Of a stretch of DNA of 64,000 bases, positions 51,081-59,331 are shown in pieces; position 1 is the first letter of the stretch; each line of letters begins with the position of its first letter. Source of the stretch: Candidatus Bathyarchaeota archaeon (lineage in GTDB: Archaea; Thermoproteota; Bathyarchaeia; Bathyarchaeales; Bathycorpusculaceae); contig OY969706.1 of NCBI GenBank assembly GCA_963702095.1, forward strand, positions 608,001 to 672,000, read 5' to 3'. A model generated the notes under the pieces. It did not search any database. It saw nothing but the letters and a program-made list of their open reading frames with translations, and was not told the DNA's origin. The position numbers and the translations under genes were made by a program.

Positions 51081-51302
51081 TTGGTAAAGTTCCAAGAGTT
51101 CTGGATTAAGAAATCCTATAAGAAATGGAAACAGAAATACCGTTATCGCGGGGTTCTGATTAAAATCCCTAAAAAATTTCACAAGACGATTGAGCCCTTC
51201 ATAGGATTAGATCTAGAAATTGTTGAGATTACAACAGCTAATCACAACCTTAACGATGTGTCAATCAGAATAGTTTTAGTTAGAAAGGCGCTTAATGCAT
51301 AG
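51081..51302 (+). CDS. Small basic protein, possibly AbrB-like DNA-binding
   Basis: YRYRGVLIKIPKKF motif; GGGGG RBS-like tract. Confidence 0.5.
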   Translation: MVKFQEFWIKKSYKKWKQKYRYRGVLIKIPKKFHKTIEPFIGLDLEIVEITTANHNLNDVSIRIVLVRKALNA

Positions 51303-51598
51303 GGCTATCTTGCGCCGCAAACAAGTCTTTTCCAGTTTTATTCTTGTTTATGCCTTGCGTTAACTTTTTCTAGGTCTAGAAATATACCGTTATAGAAACC
51401 GTCTTTTATACTCAATCCATCCCGTTTTTTTATCAAAGCTAGCAAACTTGATATATAAAAGCCGATGAACAAGAAATTCCCTTGATTTTTGCAGTCCTAG
51501 AAATTTTTTGCCCCTAACGGTCTTGTCGAATTGACAGGCGTTAAGGTTAGATAGCTTTGTTGTTTTACCCCCTTCAGAGCTAATATCGGGGGGAAAGA

Positions 51599-51970
51599 AT
51601 GTTTACGGTTAATAACGGTACTCGGCTTCTAGTTTTCAGTGGACGAGAAGCCCGTTTAAACCGTGCTATTTTTCAGATAATGCGAAAGAAAGACTACTCT
51701 TGCTATGACATTTACAAAGAACTTCGCCACTTGAAAGAGTTTAGGCATGTGGATTATCGTACAGTTACAAGACGTATACAGGCGTTATTGAGGGAGAAAT
51801 GGATTGACGAGAGAGGAAGTAAACTAACTCAGCCAGGCTGGGATTCGATTATATATGGTTTAACGGTCAGAGCTGAGGCGGCTTTAGCTTTAGACAAAAT
51901 AAATTTAGATAGCTTCCTTGAAACAGTGTCTGACGATCAAATTCAAAGACTCATTGATTCTTTAAGATAA
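51599..51970 (+). CDS. wHTH protein, paralog of 53931-54323
   Basis: LVFSGREARLNRAIF...YDIYKE...RRIQAL...W pattern. Confidence 0.7.
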   Translation: MFTVNNGTRLLVFSGREARLNRAIFQIMRKKDYSCYDIYKELRHLKEFRHVDYRTVTRRIQALLREKWIDERGSKLTQPGWDSIIYGLTVRAEAALALDKINLDSFLETVSDDQIQRLIDSLR

Positions 51971-52162
51971 GTCTGTTTTAGATACATGGCTTTTTGGTCT
52001 ACGATAAGCCATGATGGCTTTGTGGAGATGGATGCTCTTTATGCTTAGTTACCAATCATCTCCCTGATGATCTGCATGATTTCAGTACTTACCGAGTGCT
52101 GTTATTCAGTTTGCTCTAAGGGGGATTGCTAGCTGGAACTCAATAAAATTCTTGCTTCCTCT

Positions 52163-52420
52163 TTGAGACAAAAAATTATCGAGGAACTCTCATCAACAAG
52201 GGAAATTCGGGTGATGAAATTAGCACAAAGGGTTAATAGTACTTACAATGATTTGAACAGGAACCTTGTCACATTAGAAAAAGAGGGTATAATAATTAAT
52301 GAGTATAGAGAAGTGGTAAGGCACGGAAGAATTAGAATATTACGTCTTAATATGGATAATGAAAAAACAAAAGTTCTTCTAATTGTGTTGAAAGCCATTA
52401 AACCAAACGGCAGTAGTTAG
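52163..52420 (+). CDS. ArsR-like wHTH protein
   Basis: RQKIIEEL...MKLAQRVNSTYNDLNRNLVTLEKEGII. Confidence 0.65.
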   Translation: MRQKIIEELSSTREIRVMKLAQRVNSTYNDLNRNLVTLEKEGIIINEYREVVRHGRIRILRLNMDNEKTKVLLIVLKAIKPNGSS

Positions 52421-52560
52421 AGTAGCTACGCCCCAAACCCATTTTTAGTTAGGTTCAGCGTTTCCTAAAATCTCTAGTTATCCTGTTTATGGTAGTATCC
52501 TGTTTTGGCTCTCAAGCCATTAATGCTTAATCGCAGAATTGTTTTCTTGGCGATTTAGCT

Positions 52561-53478
52561 ATGTCTCAGGATGGCTCTGGCTGTAAGGATTGTAAGCATG
52601 TTCGGGAGCACGTATCTTCGGTTCTTCCCTTCAAAGTCCTTGAAGCAGTAGCAGAGAAGCCCTTACGAATCGGCGGAGTTGCATTGGCCGCTGGAATGTC
52701 TAGGAACTTTAACGTTTATACGCCTGAAGAACTCCGAGCTTTTGCTGACAAGTTGGTTGATGCCCCTGTCTATATTGAGCATGTGGCTGTTGATTCGGCT
52801 GTTGGAAAAGTAACCAAGTGCAACTACGATGCCGCTGCTCGATGTCTAAATTATGAGGCTGAGATTTATGACGCTGCCACCGCTGATAAAATTAGAAATG
52901 GACTCGTTCAGCACGTTAGTGTCGGCGCTGACTACAACACGCTTGACGTAGTGGACGCCAAAGTTCCGCACGGCCTATTCAATCCCGAGTTATCGCTTGT
53001 TGCCGTTCCAGGTGTGCCTGAAACTAACGTTCAGGTACTAGAGCATCTTGCAACGGGTAAGAATCCTGTACAATTGGCAGAGAAAGACTTGAATTTAATC
53101 GCTGAAAAGGTCGCTGCAAAAGTAAACGGACAGAACACGGAAACAATCGAGAACCTCAAATTACAGATTTCAGAAGCTAACACAAAGTTATCTGACACAG
53201 AGAGCAAATGCAAGACCGCTGAGAATACCTGCGATGAGGCAAAAAACCAGCTGTCTACTGCTAACAAAACCATCGAGGAACTGCGAAAGAAGTTGCCCGG
53301 TGGAGGATTGCTAAAAAAGCCGTCAATTATGATTCCTCTCTCTGAGCATATTGCTTGCCTTGAGCGTTTGTTGCCTTCTCAAATGGTGCAACGTTCAAGC
53401 TTGGGCATGCAACGTATCTGTCAATCTATCCGCTCAGAAGTTTTTAAGGCAAAAGAACGCTTGGGGCGTGGACCTTAG
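52561..53478 (+). CDS. Caudoviral prohead maturation protease with a C-terminal coiled-coil scaffold
   Basis: SRN..VY..EEL, PVYIEH, VGKV, I..G....VSVG and ELSLVAVPG motifs, followed by heptad repeats. Confidence 0.78.
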   Translation: MSQDGSGCKDCKHVREHVSSVLPFKVLEAVAEKPLRIGGVALAAGMSRNFNVYTPEELRAFADKLVDAPVYIEHVAVDSAVGKVTKCNYDAAARCLNYEAEIYDAATADKIRNGLVQHVSVGADYNTLDVVDAKVPHGLFNPELSLVAVPGVPETNVQVLEHLATGKNPVQLAEKDLNLIAEKVAAKVNGQNTETIENLKLQISEANTKLSDTESKCKTAENTCDEAKNQLSTANKTIEELRKKLPGGGLLKKPSIMIPLSEHIACLERLLPSQMVQRSSLGMQRICQSIRSEVFKAKERLGRGP

Positions 53479-53555
53479 TTTATGCTCACTTTTGTGGGGC
53501 TAGCTGGCCAAGAACGACCTTGGCTGAACGTTAAAACTTTTGGAGATTATTTTGG

Positions 53556-53786
53556 ATGGCTGATAAAACAGGTAAGCCTTGGATGGCTGCTGGCGAAACT
53601 GACGATCCAAATGCAGTCATTGAAAGTTATGCGGCCAATGGCGCAGTTATAAAGGGGTCACCTGTCGAATTAACAAATGATGGCAAAGTGACGGCTACTC
53701 CTACCACTTGGTATGGCTTTGGCATTGCTGTTAAAGCCGCTGCGGATGGCGAGCAGGTTCTATCAAACATTCTAGAACCAATTTAA
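53556..53786 (+). pseudogene. Head decoration/cement protein (DUF2190-like), apparently truncated
   Basis: A.GAVIKGSPV.L..DGKV...GIAVKAAADGEQV, then an abrupt end; directly after the protease. Confidence 0.55.
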
Positions 53787-53930
53787 CCGCTCTATAAAGC
53801 GGAAAAGGCGATTATACAGTCTTCCAACTTACGCCCATTTTCCTCTACATGAAAGGAGCAGGCGTGCCTCTGCATGGCATGCCAAAGCACCCAGCTTTTG
53901 CTCTTCTGCCCGTCGGGGGAGTAGACATCT

Positions 53931-54323
53931 GTGACTCGGAAGAGATGCAAGGGCACAGAACTGAAAGTGTTTAGCGGCAGAGAGGCTGCCCTAAACTTTG
54001 TCATCTTTCTGGTTCTCTACCCAGAGGGCAAACTTTTGGCAAGTTATGACGTATTCAGAGAGGTTAGAGCCGTCAAAGGCTTCAGACGCAAAGGAAGACA
54101 AAACATTGACCGGCGACTGAAGGCTCTTTTCAAGCAGCACTGGCTAGAATTAGAAGGCACAAGGACTATACGTGCACATTTTTCCGTTACACCCCTCTAC
54201 AAGTTGAGCCTAAGAGGCAGGGCAGCCTTAGAGCTAAGTAAAAAAGACCTCAACGTTTTTCTTCAAATAGCGCCCGAAGACCAACTCCAAAAGCTAATAG
54301 ATGCACTAAAGATGTATCCGTAA
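53931..54323 (+). CDS. wHTH protein, paralog of 51599-51970
   Basis: LKVFSGREAALNFVIF...YDVFRE...RRLKAL...W pattern. Confidence 0.7.
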   Translation: MTRKRCKGTELKVFSGREAALNFVIFLVLYPEGKLLASYDVFREVRAVKGFRRKGRQNIDRRLKALFKQHWLELEGTRTIRAHFSVTPLYKLSLRGRAALELSKKDLNVFLQIAPEDQLQKLIDALKMYP

Positions 54324-54331
54324 CAGAATAG

Positions 54332-54369
54332 TCTCGTTGCTAACCCCTACAACGAGATGATCTCGTTGT
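54332..54369. promoter_or_regulatory. Inverted repeat acaacgagat-g-atctcgttgt plus an extra tctcgttg half-site
   Basis: Perfect 10-bp arms at 54349-54358 and 54360-54369, upstream of the 54423-integrase gene run. Confidence 0.55.
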
Positions 54370-54422
54370 GTCGATAGATAGTTTTTACGTTTAGCCTGAG
54401 AGTTGGTCAAGGTGAAAAAGGC

Positions 54423-54683
54423 TTGGTTAAACCCCAAAAAGTAACTGTACAAGAAATCATCAGAGACATCGGCGCTATCCTAAACAAGATCAACCGTGTA
54501 CTAAACGACCACGAGCAAAGACTGCAGCTTATCGAAGAGTTAGCCCTCAAGTCTGAGCTTGAACTACTCAAAAACCGAATTCTATCTATTTCTGACCAGA
54601 ACAAGCAGAAGGAAGCTTTGCAGGCGTTCAAGAATCTGTGCGATACGCTTGGAATCTCGGATTTAGACGTTGTCAAATCATAG
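54423..54683 (+). CDS. Coiled-coil hypothetical protein
   Basis: 86-aa ORF with LNDHEQRL heptads. Confidence 0.55.
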   Translation: MVKPQKVTVQEIIRDIGAILNKINRVLNDHEQRLQLIEELALKSELELLKNRILSISDQNKQKEALQAFKNLCDTLGISDLDVVKS

Positions 54684-54701
54684 GCTGTTGGGTGGGAGGG
54701 A

Positions 54702-55172
54702 ATGGCTGAACTTACATCAAACGTGACACAACCCCCAGGCAGCATTGGAGGCACAAACTGTAAGTCATCCCTGAAAGGGGATGCAGGCACCAGCTCCCCA
54801 AACCCATCTCAGCAACTGATTTTTGTCCGCTACCTAGACCATGTCCTCTACAACCGCAATTATGCTGTTTTGATGAAACCGCAGACAAGAGAAGCCGTCG
54901 GCTGGCTAGTCTACGATTGCGAGTTGTACCTCGTTTTATCTTGGGATAGAGACGCTGAGCCGCCTACGCTTCATGGCGGCGACCCTAAAGCTTCTGGTTT
55001 GGTGCTTCTGAAAAGCGATATTTTGGACTTGCAACTGTTTACGGTGGGTTTGCAGTCTCTACCAGAAAATTATGAATTGAATTTAAAAAGCAAACAAGCC
55101 ATACAAGAGGTTGAGTATGCGTTCCGACCATCGGAGCGAAAAACTCTAAGAGAAGGAGTCAAGAAAAAATGA
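54702..55172 (+). CDS. Hypothetical protein
   Basis: GGAGG RBS; ATGA overlap with the integrase; V.Y.DH...GWLV pattern. Confidence 0.6.
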   Translation: MAELTSNVTQPPGSIGGTNCKSSLKGDAGTSSPNPSQQLIFVRYLDHVLYNRNYAVLMKPQTREAVGWLVYDCELYLVLSWDRDAEPPTLHGGDPKASGLVLLKSDILDLQLFTVGLQSLPENYELNLKSKQAIQEVEYAFRPSERKTLREGVKKK

Positions 55173-56686
55173 GCAACATCAGACTAGCACCGCCTATCAT
55201 CCGCAAACAGCAACTAACCATCGAAGACATAAAAGACCTCAAGCTGCCAATCGAAATCTTAAGCGACAAAATCATCATCACACGCAGCCTAAGAAACTGG
55301 AAACTCCAACAACCAATCACACTGGAACTAAGCAAAGTCTTAGACGCCAAAGAAAAAGGACTCGTAAACTACATCATAACCAGCTTCATCAGCGACCGAC
55401 CCGCCCTTCTACCATTCGTTTTCGACAATCAAAGCCTAATCAAACTCGCCAGACACCTACTGCGTCACTACAGTGGAAGCTACAAAAGCTGCCTCGTCTA
55501 CACAGTCAACTTCTATAGATACTCCACATGGCTCGGCTACTCCCCTGACCTAATCATAGCAGACCTAAAACCAGTAGGAAACATTCCTGACCCCCAACGC
55601 GTACAAAACCACACCGGATACCTCAACGACTACTTAGCACAGCTGCAAGACGACGGACTTAAACCCGGAGGCGTAGAGAACCGCATCAAAGCCGTAAAAA
55701 CCTTCTACCGCGTCAACGGCGTAAAAATTGAGCTCACCGAACCCCTAAGCCGACGAGTCGTCTACAAAGACCGAGCACCAAAACCTGAAGAACTCGCAAC
55801 CATGCTGGACTTAACCGATCTACGCGGCAAAGTCATCGTTTCATGCCTCGCACTAGGCGGTTTCCGAGAAGAAACCTTTTCCAAACTGCTCTACCGACAT
55901 GTCAAAGACGACTTAGAAGCAGGGACCATACCCATCCACGTACACGTCGAAATCGAAATAACCAAAGGCAAATACCACGACTACGACACGTTCCTAGGCG
56001 CCGAAGCCGCATACTACCTAAAACTCTACCTCGACCAACGCAGAAAAGGCACAAAAAAAGTCCCACCCGAAAACATAACCTACGACTCACCTTTAATCCG
56101 CGATGAAACCCGCCGAACCCCAAAAAGCATAAGCACCAAACAACTCCGAAAAATCGTACACGAACTCTACTTCAAAGCAGGCTTTATCAAACCCAACAAA
56201 ACAGGCGCAATGTACGACCTCCGCGTTCATAGCATACGCAAATACTTCAAAACCCAACTAATCGCACTTGGCGTTCAAGAAGACTACGCTGATTACTTTA
56301 TGGGCCACACAGTAGACACCTACCACGACATTCAAAGCCTCGGCATCGACAAACTACGCACCATCTACGCCGCAGCAGGCTTAGCCATACGCAAAAAAAC
56401 AGCAATCAGCAAAATCGACACCATAAAAGAAATGATACGGGCATTAGGCGAAAACCCAGAGCAGCTACTGACACGAGAAGCGCTGTCCAGAGGCAACCAC
56501 ACAGAGCTAAACATCGAAGATCATCAGGTTGGCGTGCTTACTGAGGAGTTAGTGAAGTTGATCCGCCAAACAGCGGACAGTACAAATGCTCATCGGGAAT
56601 GGTGCTACGGGCAGGATTCGAACCTGCGAACCCCTGCGGGAAAGGATATCCCATCCGTGGGGCCAGACCTGCCGGCCAAACGTTGA
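55169..56686 (+). CDS. int: Tyrosine recombinase/integrase
   Basis: GGFREE (R), TKG (K), HSIRKYF (HxxR) and MGH...TYH (H, Y); reads through the att core into the tRNA antisense strand. Confidence 0.92.
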   Translation: MSNIRLAPPIIRKQQLTIEDIKDLKLPIEILSDKIIITRSLRNWKLQQPITLELSKVLDAKEKGLVNYIITSFISDRPALLPFVFDNQSLIKLARHLLRHYSGSYKSCLVYTVNFYRYSTWLGYSPDLIIADLKPVGNIPDPQRVQNHTGYLNDYLAQLQDDGLKPGGVENRIKAVKTFYRVNGVKIELTEPLSRRVVYKDRAPKPEELATMLDLTDLRGKVIVSCLALGGFREETFSKLLYRHVKDDLEAGTIPIHVHVEIEITKGKYHDYDTFLGAEAAYYLKLYLDQRRKGTKKVPPENITYDSPLIRDETRRTPKSISTKQLRKIVHELYFKAGFIKPNKTGAMYDLRVHSIRKYFKTQLIALGVQEDYADYFMGHTVDTYHDIQSLGIDKLRTIYAAAGLAIRKKTAISKIDTIKEMIRALGENPEQLLTREALSRGNHTELNIEDHQVGVLTEELVKLIRQTADSTNAHREWCYGQDSNLRTPAGKDIPSVGPDLPAKR

Positions 56687-56727
56687 TCTTGAGTCCTTCA
56701 CCTTTGACCTGGCTTGGTTACCGTAGC
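56600..56727 (-). tRNA. tRNA-Leu(CAA) with a 40-nt intron at 37/38 (56648-56687); CCA encoded
   Basis: Acceptor GCTACGG/CCGTAGC, AAGGA/TCCTT anticodon stem, long variable arm, GGTTCGAATCC; canonical bulge-helix-bulge (CUCA pairs with UGGG). Confidence 0.92.
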
Positions 56728-57003
56728 CCAATGCAGTACCAACATGGTTGGGTTCTGACTTATTAATCATTTCCCACTGTCTTAGTTGGATGTTCAGTCA
56801 AGGAATAGGGCATATTTGACTTCTAATATCCAACCTATGCACTGCACCTATAGAGGGGAGAGTCCACGGCATCATATCTGGAGCCTATTAGAAACTATAT
56901 GCAGAAACCTATAGAGGGTAGAGCCTATTGACCAAAAAAGCAGCCAAAAAACGGTCTGACTACCACAAAAGTAAAAACATTACACCACCATACATATGGC
57001 TGC

Positions 57004-57894
57004 ATGCCCACCCAGCACCGAATCGTCCTCGGCAACAGCCAACAAATGCCTGAACTCGCCGACGGCTGTGTCCACTTGATGGTTACTTCTCCGCCGTACC
57101 CTATGATTGCGATGTGGGATGAACTCTTCTGCCAAGACCCCGCAGTCAAGAAGCTATGGTGTAAACTCGACGGGGACAAAGACGACGAAGCGGTGCGGCA
57201 AATCTACGACGCCATGCACCAAAGCCTCGCAGAAGTCTGGGCGGAAGCTTACCGTGTCCTAACCGACGGCGGCATAGCAGCCATAAACATCGGCGACGCC
57301 ACCCGCCGTGTAAACGGCAGATTCCAGCTTTTCCCCAACCATAGCCGCGTCATCGAAGCCTGCGAAAAAACTGGCTTCACCACCTTACCCTACATTCTAT
57401 GGAAGAAACCAACGAACCGCCCAAAGTACAAGGGCAAAGGCGCCTTCCTCGGCTCAGGCTTTCTTCCCCCAAACGCCTATGTCACCTTGGACTGCGAGTT
57501 TATTCTGCTTTTCCGCAAGGGGAAACTGCGTAAATTCGAGCCCCACCACGCCGAGCGTTATGAAAGTAAGTTTACGAAGGCGCAGCGGGATGAGTGGTTT
57601 AGCCAAATCTGGGAGTTCAAAGGCACTAGGCAGACGGTGGATGAGTTAGAGCGCCGAACGGCAGCTTACCCCGACGAGGTTGCAGAGCGGCTTATCCGCA
57701 TGTTCAGCGTCAGAGGCGAATTGGTACTGGACCCGTTTTTGGGTTCAGGTACGACAACGAAGGTTGCTATACAAAACGACCGTAATAGTATCGGGTATGA
57801 AATGGATTCACAGCTACAGCCCACTATAGAAGAGCAAATTGGGAAGGCAAAAATAGCCAAAGCCGCATACGTAAACATAACCAAACGCCCATAG
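57004..57894 (+). CDS. Beta-class amino-DNA methyltransferase (probably N4-cytosine)
   Basis: TSPPY precedes LDPFLGSGTT. Confidence 0.88.
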   Translation: MPTQHRIVLGNSQQMPELADGCVHLMVTSPPYPMIAMWDELFCQDPAVKKLWCKLDGDKDDEAVRQIYDAMHQSLAEVWAEAYRVLTDGGIAAINIGDATRRVNGRFQLFPNHSRVIEACEKTGFTTLPYILWKKPTNRPKYKGKGAFLGSGFLPPNAYVTLDCEFILLFRKGKLRKFEPHHAERYESKFTKAQRDEWFSQIWEFKGTRQTVDELERRTAAYPDEVAERLIRMFSVRGELVLDPFLGSGTTTKVAIQNDRNSIGYEMDSQLQPTIEEQIGKAKIAKAAYVNITKRP

Positions 57895-57903
57895 TGGAAT
57901 GCC

Positions 57904-58356
57904 GTGAACGCAATCGTTGTTTATTCGACCCATCGTGGCAACACCGAAAAAGTAGCCCAAGCAGTAGCCGCCCAAGCAAACTGCAAAGCGGTAAAATTAA
58001 CCGAAAACTTTGACGCTTCAACCCTGCCCTTGGATGGCTACGACTTGGTTTTCTTCGGCACAGGCATCAGAGGCGGCGAACCCTACACGGAGCTACTGAA
58101 CTATCTAAAAGCGGTCGAACTCAAAGAGGGCAGCAAACGGTTTTTGCTGTTTATGACGTGGGCAGGCGGCGGCGCAAGCAACAAACTGGTTTATGAGAGT
58201 GTTAAGAAGGCTGTTGAAGCAAGGGGGCAGCGGTTGGAGGCGGATTATTTTATTTGTTTAGGGCAGACGTTTGGTTTTACTCATCGGGGCAGACCAAACG
58301 CCGGCGACTTAGCAGAAGCCAAAAAGTGGGCGACACAACAGATAGGCAATCCCTAA
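57904..58356 (+). CDS. Flavodoxin-like protein
   Basis: VVYSTHRGNTEKVA and YDLVFFG motifs. Confidence 0.82.
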   Translation: MNAIVVYSTHRGNTEKVAQAVAAQANCKAVKLTENFDASTLPLDGYDLVFFGTGIRGGEPYTELLNYLKAVELKEGSKRFLLFMTWAGGGASNKLVYESVKKAVEARGQRLEADYFICLGQTFGFTHRGRPNAGDLAEAKKWATQQIGNP

Positions 58357-58470
58357 TCCATAGAAAAGTCGGCTCTCAACAATCTGCACTGTTTAAGCCA
58401 GGCTTTTTAAGTTAAATCACCCTCAACACCGCTTTTTCCATGGAAAGCGGCACTTTTTAATAGAGCTTCA

Positions 58471-58809
58471 ATGAATAGCAACCCAAAGGTTACCTTGGTG
58501 CCTAAAAAAACCTCAACCGACAAACCCTACGGCTTCGGCAACACCAACCGCCGTTTTCCCCATGCGAAACGCCAAAAAGGCAGCATCGCCAAAGACCGCT
58601 TTGCCTACGATCAAGCTATGCAGGGTAATGACTGCAAAAAGCTGGGGCGGGGCGGCGATTTTGTGGTGCAGCGGCGTGATTTCTTCGGTGGGGCAGAGGG
58701 TGAAGCCACGGTGGTTGATGTTAAGGCGGGTGATTCGAGGGTGACTGAGGCGCAGATGCAGCGTAGGCGGCGGTTGGGACGCAATCGGTATAGAACTGTG
58801 CGTTACTAG
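58471..58809 (+). CDS. Small PD-(D/E)xK-like putative nuclease
   Basis: GGDFVV...VVDVKAG...LTEAQ-like pattern. Confidence 0.5.
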   Translation: MNSNPKVTLVPKKTSTDKPYGFGNTNRRFPHAKRQKGSIAKDRFAYDQAMQGNDCKKLGRGGDFVVQRRDFFGGAEGEATVVDVKAGDSRVTEAQMQRRRRLGRNRYRTVRY

Positions 58810-58820
58810 AAATGGAGAAA

Positions 58821-58960
58821 AATTGGTGTTTTGCTTGCGGATTTGTCCACAACTTGCTTGCAATGTGGCCTAGATGCTGAGGCAGAAAAGCAGTCGCCAG
58901 ACAAACCCACAGGAAGAAGAAGAGCAAGGGCGACTCTGCCTTCATCTAACACTAGAAAAA
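58821..58960 (-). repeat. Repeat family A, copy 2
   Basis: Reverse complement of 2008-2148 with a few substitutions. Confidence 0.85.
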
Positions 58961-59331
58961 AACAAAAAATAACCATAACGAGGTCAATTAGTTTCGCCTC
59001 TCAAAGACAGATACTTTTTGCGTCAACGAGCCGCTTTTTTGTTTTGATTCCTGTTTTTCGCCTTATGCAACCTTAAGACTGCTGGTTTTTAAGCACCGGG
59101 CTGCATTAAAGTGTAGAAGTCTTTGTCTTCTCGCGCATTGTCCATAAAAAAGTTTATTAGAAAGGTATGAAGCATGTGTTTGTGCTCTTAGAAAAGTTCG
59201 CGTTCGGAGATTCCTTTTTCGAAGTTGGCCAACCAGCATCGGAGGAAATGTAAGCTTGAAAAACACCCCACTACCCAAAAATCACGGTAACCATTATACT
59301 TTTATGTTAAATTTATGGGAGAATTAAAAAT

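Larger units (their letters stand above)
42230..56617. mobile_element. ~14.4-kb integrated element (defective Caudoviricetes-like provirus or satellite) at tRNA-Leu
   Basis: Flanking 18-bp direct repeats, tyrosine integrase, prohead protease-like and head-decoration-like genes, many HTH genes, and a visibly AT-richer interior. Confidence 0.87.
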
